The notes under the pieces were generated by a model, which saw only the letters and a program-made list of their open reading frames with translations, was not told the origin of the DNA and did no database searches. A program made the translations under genes and the position numbers. From Laetmonice hystrix (lineage: Eukaryota), in NCBI GenBank assembly GCA_965235115.1, contig OZ249452.1, forward strand, positions 10,664,001 to 10,728,000: a stretch of DNA of 64,000 nt, read 5' to 3'. Shown in pieces: positions 34,841 through 47,659 of the stretch (its first letter is position 1; every line of letters begins with the position of its first letter).

Positions 34841-35074
34841 TGGAAATACCGGCGACGACATGCGAGATGCGAGAAGCGACATGGAACCGAACACTGTCAA
34901 TTTAGCACATAGAATGTTTCTTATTGACACCGACATCACGATCCACTGCTCAATTAGTGCCTATTTAACAATAATTTTGGGGCTAAAGTGAAAACTAACA
35001 CTAACCGTAGGCCTAACCTTTACCCTAACCCAAACACACTGTCTCGCATCTCGCATGTCGTCGCCGGTATTCCA
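34841..35074. mobile_element. MITE with ~35-bp TIRs, TA-flanked, CTAACC-like core
   Basis: TGGAAATACCGGCGACGACATGCGAGATGCGAGA inverted at ~35042-35074; TA on both sides. Confidence 0.75.
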
Positions 35075-38000
35075 TAGGTGGGGGACGGGCGGCCGGCCCG
35101 TGTAGGGGTTTGGTGGGGAGTTACCACGGCTGAGAAGGACGCCTGACTGGGGATTGGCGGGAGTTGCTAGGGACAACGGCTGAGAACAGGCGCACAGGCC
35201 AGTGACTGGGAGCGGGCCCGCTGGCGAATTTTTTTCCCACGCTAGTTCTGGATACTCATTAGCATACAGCCAATCAGAAACAAGTTGTTTACGCGCTGTG
35301 TAAGCCGCATAAGTCGGAAACTATTAACTGTAGAGAAAAACACTTAATGTAGCGGTTGTAGGGAAAGACCTGGAGATTCTTCTCCACCAAGTTTCATAAA
35401 GATACGGTCAGGGGTTTGGGATATATAAAAGGCTTCTCTAAGGTTGGCACGGTACTGAGGTCAAAGGTCATGAAGTGCTAAAAATAGCAAAATCCCGAGA
35501 AAATATCCACAGTTGTCTTTTCCCCAAATTAGGACTTTCTAGCCCCGGTAGTTTTTGAGCTGACGTCAAGTAAGCGCCCAACCACTTCGAAAATGTTGAA
35601 GGTCACACAGAGGTCATCTGGGGTCACAGGAACGTGTCCTCCGGGAAATCTAAATTTGGCACATAGATGACCCTGCTGACCAAATTTGATGTTATTCCAG
35701 CCAGTATTTTCCGAGTTATGGCTTTGGCAAAAAAATGGCACGTGCCATTTTTTTTAGATCAGCCGCCATCTTGAAAGTTCTGGGTCAACCAAACTGGTTT
35801 TCGAACTTGTCCAAGCCCCGGATGAAAGAAGACCGACATACCAATTTTGGATCGATTCAGGCTATTTTTCTCGCGTTATCGTGATCACAGCACAAGTTGG
35901 CACATTCGTGCCACAGAAGAGGTCAAAGGTCAAATGGCACTATAAGTAGAAACAAAGATTTTTCAGAAGGTTCTGTCGGGCCATTTCAAATTTGATAACT
36001 CCCTCTCTAACAGTGGCCGAGTTATTCCAAAAAGAAGAAAATAAAAGAAACAAAGAAAGAAAGAAAGAAAGAGAGAGAGCGGTCAGAAACAGCGTGCAAA
36101 ACAAAACGTCTCCCCCAGCTGGGGGGAGACGTAAATAAACATATTTAAAATAAGCTGATTTCTTTTCCGAAGACCCAGCGGCCACATTCTTCACATGTAA
36201 GGGGAATATGGACACCAGGGGTTCATATCATTCCAATGGGCAATAGTTATGACGTACACGAAATAAGATATCGCTAGTTCCTCCATTTGAGTATAGAGCT
36301 CTATTGTCACATATTGGCAGCTTGCTTCTGTCAAAAAATGAAATTAAAAAAGCTATCATTTTTTTTGCACTTTTTTTTATAGGATTATCAACTTTATAAT
36401 AAGTTGCCCTTTGAGCAACCTGACTTTGAGCACAAGAGAGGTTTACTATGGTCCTATGCTGTACCACTATGAGTCATTCCTCAAACTTGCCCCAAATTCA
36501 TTCCCTCTTTCTGTCTGCGCCATAAAACATTCATATCGCTATGCCTGTAACCTCATAAATAGCTTTCACATGTAAAATATTTCTCTTTGCGTATTTTCAA
36601 AATGGGGAATGAATGGTATGACATAACAATGCAATCAACCAAAATAATATAATTATTCAATAACTTCTGAACGAATTTCACACAATCAAAGTTCAAACCC
36701 TGATCATTTATCTTGAGGTGGGAATGTTGGGAATGGCCGGCCTCATGACTACAGGAAGGGATGACATTCCATGCCAAAATACCTCAGGACAGAATCATCT
36801 CTGATCACAATGAAGGATATCAATCACAATGACAAGAGCCCAATGTATGAGCATAACTGAAGAATAGTTTTATCTTCACTGTCCTGTAAACAGACAATAT
36901 TTGCTCATAAGCGATTTTTGTTATCGTATCTTATGTGTCAACCAAGGATCAAGTGTTCTTTATATAGGTGTCTTCAGACAGTCAATCAAGCATCATTTGC
37001 AAGGCAAAAGAAAAAATCAAATCTTTTCCCGCTGCGACCTCCATATTACGTGTAACAGGGTGCCCACTGAGAGGCCCGTCATATTTAGAACCGCGCCCAC
37101 CGACTAACTTGTCAGATGTACAGCAGGGTGCCAACTAAAAGGTAGACATTTCTAGGTCGCGTGCACAGGCTCGACCTTGGCGGCTGGTTGATAATGATAT
37201 AAAAACACACACAAAATACAGATTTGCCAGATGATCTCTTCCCTAACCGTTTACCTCTGTCTTGAGACCATCTCAAAGTCCCCACCACCACCACCACCAC
37301 CACCACCAACATAATCTTGGCTAACCTTTGTAGAAGGTGGGGGGGGGGGGGGCAGAAACCTGAAGGCTCAGCCTCCCAGCATAAAGATAAAGATACGAGT
37401 TTTCAGGGGCGGGGCGCCGGGGAGGAGGGGGGGGGGTGGTTAAAATTATTATATCCAATTGAAAATGTTGTTTTATTAGGGTTAAATTTGGGGTTTTGAT
37501 GGCGATATATTTTAAGTTCATGGAGACGTCACTAGTGTAGATTTACCCGGAGAGGTTACCAGAATGATGACCCCCAGTGGCTACCGTTGATTGAGATGTC
37601 CCAGTGATATGAACCTACCTGTTGGTTGTGACGGGAGTGACAGCGGCAGTAGGAGGATATCTCCAGGGCTGCCCTCAGCCATGTGGCTCGATATCCAGCT
37701 GCCCTCCTGTGGATGGAAAATATAGATACGCGGTGAGCTCTGGAGGTGGTGTGGGGGCGGGGGCCGGGGGATCAGTCAACAGGGTGGCCGGGGGGGGGGG
37801 GGGGTAAAAACAACAAGGGGAGGAGGCCGGCGTCACGTTTTAAACTTTCCGCCGTGTTAGACCTTCCGGGGGTGGTGTTGGTGGGTTGATGGTTTAACTG
37901 TTGGTCCTCATCAGAACAGAAATACGTCACTTCTTGTTTGGTTATGGTGTTGAGGACGATATATGAGAAACTCGCACACCGGGATGGACCAGTAGCCTTC

Positions 38001-38719
38001 TCCATAAACTGCATGGTTTCTTTTTTGTGCAACACTGCATAGACAGGGACATTTCGAATAATTCCTCTTCGTAAGATCCGGTAAAATTAGTTTCTTTAAA
38101 CAGCTCTAAAGATATGCAGCTGGGGCAGTTGACAAATTAATCAAGCTATTATCAGGGACAAGACTCCGCGATCTAGCAACCAGAAAATGGGGCGAATGTT
38201 GTCCATCGGGCTCGCCATAGAAGTTTGTTGTTTTATTATGGTTTACGTTGCTGCTTCTGAAGAAGAGAATGGTTGAAAGTCGGAAGGAGGGGGCTGTACC
38301 GTGAGCGAAAATACCAATGGTATCCAGCTGGGTAGATGAGCATATGTTTGTAATATGATATAGCTAAAGGGGAAAACACAGATGTATACATGAAGAAAGG
38401 GGTGCTCTCCAGGGTATAGAAAGTGTGGATGGGGTGCCACTGTGTGGGTCGGGGAGTGGGTCAGTCTCGGTAACGCCAGACTCTCAGAGAAGAGACTGGG
38501 AGGGGTGGGGTGAGCTGGGGTGGGTGTAAGGGAAGGCGGGTCGGGGATCAAACGTAACGAGGTCAAATCTTGGTTTATGTTTCTGACACCAGAGGGCACC
38601 AAACCCGCCAAAGATAATTGGGGGATGGGATCAATTATGTCTGCCGTTAGACAACTTACTCACTCCATGCTCTAAGGTAGGTCTCTGTCTGAGATTAACA
38701 TCTGTGTTCTAGACCTAAA

Positions 38720-39023
38720 GCCCCTTCCACACGGTCATATTGTCTTTGACAAATCCTCCCAACTCCCGTGCAGTCTAGTACAAGGAGATATAATCACGAC
38801 ATGGAATGGGTTTTGCTGGTATAACTTTCTATGACGCCCGTTCCACACAGTCATAGTTTCTTTGATCAACGAAAATAGTCCTAGAAAAATAGGAACAGGT
38901 TCTATAACCGTCATATTTTCTTGTACTAGAACGTTTGATCACATTTCCCGTTCCACACGATCAAAGATTCCTGTACTATAAGTGTTCTAGTATACTAGTA
39001 CAAGATAATCGTGTGGAACGGGC
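38720..39023. mobile_element. Degenerate PIF/Harbinger-like MITE
   Basis: GCCCCTTCCACACG left, CGTGTGGAACGGGC right; internal CCCGTTCCACAC repeats. Confidence 0.5.
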
Positions 39024-41031
39024 CAGCGCCGATTTAGTCGGTGACGTCGTCGACGACAGGAGTCGCTGAGATCACCCGGCGACCATACACTGAAAACTGT
39101 ACCAAGAATTGACTATGAATATACCCAATGTGGTCGCATATTTGCCTACCCAAGATGTGTCATAAATGATCTCCATGTTATTTGAGATGTTTTGTACTAT
39201 TTTTGTTGGCAATGTGTGTAATTCAGTTCGTCGCTTTTCAAACACCGGATGTAGCTCCACATGTACAACAGCAGAGTCCGGACAGAACTATTATACTTCT
39301 ATAGCGTTACCATTTTTAATAAATCAGACCCGCCATAGTGTGAGGTGACACGAGCTCTTAACCCTGTACGATTGAAACTATTCAATACTGAATCACCTAT
39401 CACATAACATGGATTCAATATCAGGCACAGCTACAGTGGTTTGACTGTAGACTGACAGCAGCGCCACCTGGAAGACGACAATGAAATCCGAGTCATCCAC
39501 TGGCACAGACAACCGTCAACCGTTGCCAAACAAGGCCTTGTATTCAGCTTTGAATAAAGACTACGATACCCGACACCAGTATATGTTGTATCGTTAATAT
39601 CTTCATATTAAATCTAACTGGGGCCTGAGGTATGAGCTTAGATTATCGGTAAAAAGATCCTTGATATGACTTGGTTCGATACTTTGTCCGCAGTGGTCAG
39701 AGAAACAGCTGCGTACAGCCAGCTCGGGTTAAAGGATTGATTCTGGCAGTTGTTTATTGTGACTGTAGAGCGCCCTGTTGGTACAGAAGGACTGCGTCTC
39801 CTCCAGGGCTAACAGACTAACACCCCCTGTGGGGAGGAAGAGTGACAGTTTATTCGGATATATGTGTGTGCCCCTGCCCTACAACATCCCTGCAGCAGAA
39901 TTAATATACATTCGGGGGTTTCAATCGTGCTAGCTTTTATTTGACGTTTTTTCTCATGTCCGACGGGATATAAGAATTCCTACTGTCTTTGACCACAATA
40001 AATTAAAACCTGAACGATAAAGCTATCAAGATGCTAGTTAAAAAAGGTATAGATCTACGCCTATAATTTCTTACACTGGGCCTCTCTTCTTCGTTTGTCA
40101 AGAAAGTGATTTAAAAGAGCAGTGAATTAGTGAATACGTTAGTCACTTTGAGGATCAATTATATAGGTCGGGCACCTGTAGACCAGCTGCTGCCATGGAG
40201 TAGACTTTACATTACGGAGTGGTCCTACCGTCTGGGACGGGTTACCGCTCTACGGTATGGGAATGAGGGTCCTTGGCTATAGGGGTGGGGGAAGTTGGCC
40301 TGCATAGGTCTCTTCAGAGTGACGGGTAGGAAAATAGGGTCTGGGTGAGGGGTGGGGGGTGGGGGCTGAGGAAAATGGGCCTGGTTTAGTCGACCCCCCC
40401 CCCCTCCCGGCACGCTCACAGTCTCCCGACAGACGAGGGGGAGGAGGGTTGTCTTGGACGCATCCAACATTAAACAGCTGCTCAGACATGACAGATGTCA
40501 GACATGACAGATGTCAGACATGACAGATGTCAGACATGACAGATGTCTATCCACTTCGTCACTGTAAGGATGCGCTGGTCCTACAGGTATTACGTAATCC
40601 CTAGACGAACGGCAGGGGTACGGTAGATTACCCCAAGACATGCCAACCCCCTTCTAATTCACCCCTCAGCTACACCCTGCCACTTATCCTTCATTAATCC
40701 AATTCCCTTTTCATCGCAAAGTCCATCATTTACATGATTAAATTTGTTATTATGCAGCAGATACCGAGATATTGGGATACTGTGTTTTAAAAATAATACC
40801 TAATTATTTTTATTATATAAAGATATCGCCGAAATAGAAAAAGGAATCCAGGAATTTCACTAAGGCTTCTCATGGCCTTGGCATTTCAGTTCGGTGTAGG
40901 GAAGATCCTGCAGAAGCCATGGTGCTGGGCTTACTGCCAATGATTTACTTTAGTCTGGTTGTATTGATCGCTGTGAGAGTTTCATATGTCAAGGTCATTA
41001 AGTATGAAATATGATCCCTCAGGTCATCTTC

Positions 41032-41337
41032 AGGCCCCGGTTTCAGAAAGGCTCTAAGCAGCAAGCTTGAAGCTAAGGATGGCTACGGTGGCCCACGAGG
41101 ACACAGACACTTTAACTTTCTACATTGACTATCATGTATATTTTCACGGCAGTAGAAATATGACCTCAGTGAAAATTTCTCCACCTTGGTTAAATTATTA
41201 TCACTGTGAAAATAGCGATGAAAATCAATCTGGGAAGTTAAAAACACTAAAGATATACATTGTATGTCCCTCTGGGCCGCCGTAGTTCTGCTTAGCTTAC
41301 TGCTTAGAGCCTTTCTGAAACTGAAAACTAGGCCCTG
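41032..41337. mobile_element. MITE with ~28-bp imperfect TIRs (PIF/Harbinger-like)
   Basis: GTTTCAGAAAGGCTCTAAGCAG inverted as CTGCTTAGAGCCTTTCTGAAAC. Confidence 0.65.
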
Positions 41338-42569
41338 CTGATGGCCCTTGATAGTTGGCTGGCCCATAATCAAAACGTGCTGGCTTCAGCAGAAACGAGC
41401 CGCAGACTGGTCTAACCGAGCACTGGCTGATGCTTGAACAGTAATCTAATCAGGCGCTAATTAGTGGCTTTCTACTAATTGGCCCACTTGATGCCAGAGA
41501 TCTCCATTACTACAACCAGGTCTGTGTGGCTTCCTACGCAGTGGCTTATTTTTACGTCGTTCTATATATAGCCATCCGTTACATGCAGGATTCCTACAGA
41601 CTCGTTTGGGTGAGGGCAAAATAACTTAGGCCTACTCCCCAAGTTTTGTGCCTTTATTTTTACCCTTACCAATCTGGACTACCCAAGTCCTTCAAACATT
41701 ATGGGTCTAATATTATAGCCTATATATCATTGTAGTATCTTATAAAAGGGGTATTCAGTACTACACTGTAAATATTTTGTTCCGAGTTTCTGTAAACTCT
41801 ACTTAAGTAATATAAATGGGGCATTTAGTGACATACTAAATTACTAAATTTTCTGGAACAAGTAAAGGATTTACATGGAAAATGAAGGGTTCTATAAAAT
41901 ATCAAGTAACGTATCCTGTAGTTTGGGGAGCCCACATTCTCTAATGACGTTTAGGAAGATGTGAGCTACCATGTGCTGATACATCATCGCTAGAGCTCCT
42001 TTCACTTCTTGACGAATGTTTTTTTCTCGCACATTACCTGAAAGAATAACCTGACAATTTCACCTCCACTGAGAATTCAGTCTTGGCATTCAGTCTTGGC
42101 AGTTTACCGGCGTCGGTTGCGACAGGGAGTGAAGCTTTACTAGGGGTTAATTGACTGCAGTCTATTCTCCACTCCTCCACGCTCCGCCACTTATTACACT
42201 ATCGACCGACGGTGTCGCCACTGACGTGGAAGACGTGACACTTGGCTGGTAGCGCCCCCTCGTGGTGAAGTGTAGCGATTCGCTAGGTGCCGAATCTGTC
42301 GTGAGGGCGGTACTAGGAGATTGGCTTCGTTTGGCGGAAACCGACCAGAATGCACCTCTCTATGAGGAGCTCCATGGCTGATTAGCATGCCTTTGTTCAA
42401 TCAAACTATTCAGCTAGTCTTAAACATGTTTTTTTCTTAAATGACTTTGCGTAATGCAGCATTTTAGAATCTACATCTGCCTTAATGAAAAGCAGCTTCG
42501 ACTACTTTCCGAGTCGGCCTTTACTTACTCGCTACTGAATGCTCAAACTGTAGCTCTCAATTTTTTCAT

Positions 42570-42830
42570 ACTCTAACTTCCCTTCCCTTTTCGTTACTAG
42601 TCATATTTATGGCGGGATAATGGTAAGGATGACTTGAGAGACCCGCCACCGGGAAGCCATTCCATACTCTTCTCGGAAATGGTGAGGGTTCTTTTATATG
42701 GGCACTTGTACAGACACTGCTTGACATACCAAAACCTTGATAACCCAGTTTCGGAGCACTCGGGTGGGCTAGTGAGAGAAATGGCACTGGAAGGATCTAT
42801 ACCCATCTGTGCCACACAGAATGCAATCCG
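42570..42830 (-). mobile_element. Diverged SINE fragment resembling mollusc MESC-type SINEs
   Basis: Plus strand ..CCATACTCTT..GGGTTCTTTTATATG..CAGAC..CATACCA..GATAACCCAGT..GGAGCACT resembles the antisense of MESC-core SINEs as recalled; not database-verified. Confidence 0.4.
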
Positions 42831-45800
42831 ACACTCGAACACCTCCCTACACAAGCCCTCACCCCATTCCTCGACTATTACAAACAGCTAGATATGGAGG
42901 TGAGAATCGTTCTTATACCCCTTGCCCCCAAAAGGGAAATACACCGAAGAAAACTTACCACTAAGTGCAGCTCAGTTTCTGGAGAGAAAGAAGACGTAGT
43001 CCTTGGGATGAAATCGCAGGAGTAATCCGTTTCAGACGATAATCCCAGATGATAATCCCAGATAAAGCAAGAGGTAATCCAATACGTGCCAGGTAACCAC
43101 AACCGTGACAGCACAGGTGCGATAATCCATAAGGTAATCCAAGATGGGATAATCACTGAATTCATTAATCCATGGCTGGTGGGTTCTTCATGGTGCTACT
43201 TCTGGAACTCCGTAAGTATCTGGAAATAGAAGTTATAACATGTTATAACATGTTATAACATGTCAAATTTCGAGAAGAAATGTTCATATTCTATTTAGGA
43301 GAATGACATTCTGAACGATATAATTTACCTGCATTATCGGCTATAATTACACATGAAATAGGCTTAGGATAAACAGAAGTGGATCAGTTCAGATGTAAAA
43401 AAAACAGACCATGCACTAAAATTAAAATCTCTACCAGCAATAAGACTTGAAGTATTACAGGTCAAAGTCCACGTTATCGTTCCTACCATTTCGTGCGTGA
43501 CACTAAATATTTTTCCAGGAGATTACTTCCAATTTGCTCAGAGCCCTCATTTGGCTAATTAGGTCATCTCAGTTGACACACACAATGGAATAATTAGGTT
43601 CACCATCGGGTGAAGTCCCCGGCTCTCGAGACCAGTGCTCAATCCATGTTATTAATAACATCATCAGGATATTTTCTATTGTGGGGGGTAGCCCCCCCCC
43701 CCTCCCTTAGCAGCCTCGACCCATCACTGTACACCCCTACACGCAGTACGATTTAGCGACCTAGGTAGTGTAGATTTCCTTGCCCGTTATATGGACAGAG
43801 TTGGTGCGTATACATACATAAGAGACCCACGGACACTGATGAATGGACCAAAGCTTTTAGTGTTAACGGCTACAATTATCAGACTGAGCTTTACGACATC
43901 AATAAAATTAAAGTGCTCTTTACCTGCACCGGTATTAATGGATTTTTACTACCAAAACATTCAGAACGGACATTAAATGATGATTTCCAATAAATAAATC
44001 TATCCTTTTTTGATATTCAACTAAATGCAACGATATTACCACTCAGCAGAATTCATAGACATGTTATTTCAAAGTAGGTAATGGCCACGCCCCCTTATCT
44101 TAACCAAAAGGGTATTGATGTTTATGGCCTGATCGTTTCTACATACACTCATGACAATGATTGTCTGGTGGTAGTAGCACTTTGTGTGAGACCTACTCAG
44201 GCGTCACATATGTGGGTTCCCATGGTTTGTATACAACCACTATTTTGACTGCACGATGTCATGTTACTGAATGGCCAAAGAGAAGGTACTTTGTTGCTGG
44301 CGGAGTATGGGATGGATCGACCCGAGGGACTGGCTCTGATATGATGGACCGACTCTGTGACTGCCCACTATGGGACCGACACCAAGGAATCGGGTCTGAT
44401 GGACCGACCGGCTGTGTAATGGACCGACGATATGATTGTCGACCAAGTAACCAGACTTCAGGGCCCAGCGTTAATATTAAGATCTTACTTAACTTTAAAC
44501 TTAAGTGGAATTCTTTTGATTGGTAAATATCTTGTTGCCTTGTTTAAAACTTGGGCAACTAGCAAGTCAGACGCTCTAAGCTTCAGCGAGATCTTAAATT
44601 TTCATAATCAGGTCCCAAAACTGATAGAACATTCTGGTGTGGTCTGTGACTACGACTTAAACGGGTGCTTAACCTGGGATTATTTGGCATGATATTGAGA
44701 ACGGACTGGTAAAGTGTCGAATTAAAAAATAATAATTCCAGAGAGTTTTTGCTAATTTTCTGTCGTAATCTTGATGATATCCGCGCAGCGCCATACTGTC
44801 CGGAAGGTGACGTCACTGGGGGTCAGAAAGTAACATTCCAGCTGCTGCCCTGGCTCCGGCCCAGATTATCCGTCTCTGTTCGCGACGACTGTCATTAGTC
44901 ACACGAAGACACACTAACAAGTTGTCCCTGTGTCTCGTTTTGTGTGTTAATTAATTTTACTGTGCCTAACAATGATTGATAATGTCGACGAGTGAGCCTG
45001 AGCTGCTTCTCCGCTATGTTATGACAACGTTTTCTGGCCCGGTGACGTCACGGACTTTCAGGTTCCGATTTAGGAACGCCACCTGATTGGTTGAGCGGTG
45101 GGGGTGTGGCAGGGGGAAGATTTAATGGCGACATCCATGAAGTACTGAGATTCTGCATAAAAACGTTTATTGTGGCGAAATGTCAGCTATTCAAGGTTGT
45201 CATATTGCGATTTGTTAATTTAAATATCGATGTTTACCATTATTTTGCCAGGGTGTATTGGGAACAAAGTACCGGTTTAAACTGTGTGGTCGACAGCTCT
45301 CGTATCGAGCTCGTTGCAAGTCTACTGTATCAAACACAATATCAGCTTGTATGAATAGGTCTGATTAGGCACGGGTTCGACCCAGGGGAGGAAGCTATAG
45401 TTCTGTAGTGGTTACATAACACAACCCCAGACGAACCAAGGCAATTACTGAATGAATGATTCTACACTGTAATTATGTCCTAGGGCCATTGTACTCTGCC
45501 TCCGTTTATATCGTCTGAGTTAGAGTCGCAGAGTCACAAAACACAGCAGTTTACATTATGACGAGGTACCTTTTTAAAAAGGCCCTTTTATTTTCTGAGC
45601 CGATGTACGAAATAAGACTGGTTTGTATTTACAAATTCCATGACTAGAACTTTATCTGCCGAGGCCTACAATTTCAAACATGACTCTCATTTTGTCCTTT
45701 CATTAAAGGCCTACGTGAACCGATTTGGAACAATTTTCCTATAGTTATGATCATAAATGTTTATAGTTGGCCTGCTTGCCATGATAGGCTGGTCAGAACC

Positions 45801-47229
45801 AGAGTTTTTCACCATAGCACCAGTCTATTCGGCTGACTACTGCATCAGCTATTCACCTCCCTTTTTGAACGGTATTCGAACTCAGGACAGAAACACTTCG
45901 ACGTTGCGTTCCTAGGCGCAGCGTTGTCGTGCCCGTTGCCATGACGTAGTACGTTACGACATGACCCACTGGCGCCTCACCCTCACTAAGCAGACACCAA
46001 ACAATCATTACTAATTAGCAAAGCTTTCTGTTTCCTGAAATGAACTCAAGAATCGATATTTACGGCTCCTGCACCCGGCATGGACATATAACTGCTACAA
46101 CCGAAGGTTTGAGTCAGGGTTACCGTAACGTCGGAGGATGGGCCTTCTCAGTGAATAAAGTTCATGGTGGTCACAAAATCAGTGTTTTATTTCTTAATTT
46201 ACCTTGTATTTAATTTATAATTTTCATTTTATTAAATCCGTTTACCAAGAAGGTTTGCATGCCTAGATCTCCTCTGCGCTAAGTAGTCAAGGGTAAGAGC
46301 AAGTCTAAAGGAATTTATACGAGTCAATAGTCAATACTTATAATAATATTTATTATATTCCACTCCTTATTAATTGTAATAACACACTCATAATGGATGT
46401 ATTAAGAGCATTGCATTAATAGATGTAATACTATTAAGAGCATTGCGAGACGTGGTACTCTGTAACGATGAACCTGGGAACTATAACGTACTTATTATGT
46501 GATTAATTCTAGTGGCAGTCTATAGCTCAGGTTACACGTGACTGTTTACATTGAGAACAATGAGTTCTCACTGTCATCACTACATCATTCAGATGTATGG
46601 AAATAAATACACCAGTATTGTTTTCTTGTCCACAACAACCAGTATAGTATAGTGAGATTTTGAGAGATATGCTTTAATCGGGATAACAGTTTGCATATGA
46701 CCAATGATTACAGAATAAATTGACCAACTTCCTAGTTACCCCCCCCCCCGCCCCCGTGTAAAGAAAACGTAGATACGCCTGTTATGTCTGCGCACATACA
46801 TAAATGCATATGACAAATGACACAATTGACTATTATGGAATACTCGTATTATGTTTTCAAAAATCCCCACCAAAATGATAAATGTTACACAATACCTTTG
46901 CTTTTGGCAAAGCTTAAATCCAGATACGTCAAGGTCCAAGCTTTCCGCCTAGCTGAGCAGGGTCTTCGTGTCGTTGTAATAGAGCTATAGGTCTACGCTT
47001 GCTCTTCTCGCATCTCACGTGCGAGTCATGAGAGTCATACCCCCATTAGTTCACGCTCCCTCTCTCTGCACGTGCCTGGCGGTCTCACCCCATACCCCCG
47101 CGGTAGGGTGTTGACCGCAAACTTTACCCGGGTCCCCCGCCGGGCAGGCGGGCATGTACGGCCCGCCGAGCACCCTGTACCGACCGCCTGCCTCGGTCCT
47201 CAACCGGCGTACCGAACGTACGCACTCAC

Positions 47230-47489
47230 CGGGGTAACTTCCAAACTGAGCGTATCCTCTTCATGAGAAAGAAATTCCGAAATCCACAATGGTAAGCCAA
47301 GAGTGGGAGTTTGTCTGGGGTCCTTTTAAGATCCTGTGAGTCGGACTGGACGGTTCTGATAATGTTAGCCTCAGAGATGCTCAGTGAGTGACACCCCTTG
47401 GCCAGTGATTCTGCTGGGGCTGCTGCTGCTGCTGCAGCCGCTTCGCCAGTCGGTTCTACACTGGTAGACGGCCCCGACCCTTCCGACAC
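47230..47489 (-). CDS. Candidate distal first coding exon of the MPP7-like gene (MSEGSGPSTSVEPTGEAAAAAAAAPAESL...KLPR)
   Basis: Ends in a strong donor CG|GTGAGT (phase 2), compatible with acceptor gttgcag|G at 24033 (phase 2), which reads open into MMPVITSS; lies in a GC-rich promoter-like island. Confidence 0.35.
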
Positions 47490-47585
47490 AAGCCACCGCC
47501 CCCAGCGCCGCGTGCCCGGCTACCACCCGCCAAACACCCCACTGCCCGCCCTACTCACCGACATCAACGCTACCCCGCCTCCCCG

Positions 47586-47659
47586 GTCACATGACCACGT
47601 CACATGACCCGCGCCATGCCACAGCGTCCACAACACCTTTGTGGGGTCTCCATGGAAAC
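47586..47659. promoter_or_regulatory. Tandem E-box-like palindromes (GTCACATGAC x2) plus X-box-like GTCTCCATGGAAAC upstream of the candidate first exon
   Basis: Motif matches only, ~100-170 bp upstream (minus strand) of the ATG at 47489. Confidence 0.35.

Larger units (their letters stand above)
32832..36135 (+). mobile_element. Putative Helentron-associated non-autonomous element (HINE-like) carrying internal satellite arrays
   Basis: 5' AACTAG..GACGTCTCCCC (32858-32868); 3' hairpin ACGTCTCCCCCAGCTGGGGGGAGACGT (36106-36132) preceded by an (AAAG)n microsatellite; A/T flanks; no TSD seen. Confidence 0.5.

Noticed and set aside
42959-43165. ORF with donor as a coding first exon of the MAGUK gene
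   Set aside because: Phase 0 donor is incompatible with the phase-2 acceptor at 24033 and the phase-1 acceptor at 22505; could only be non-coding.
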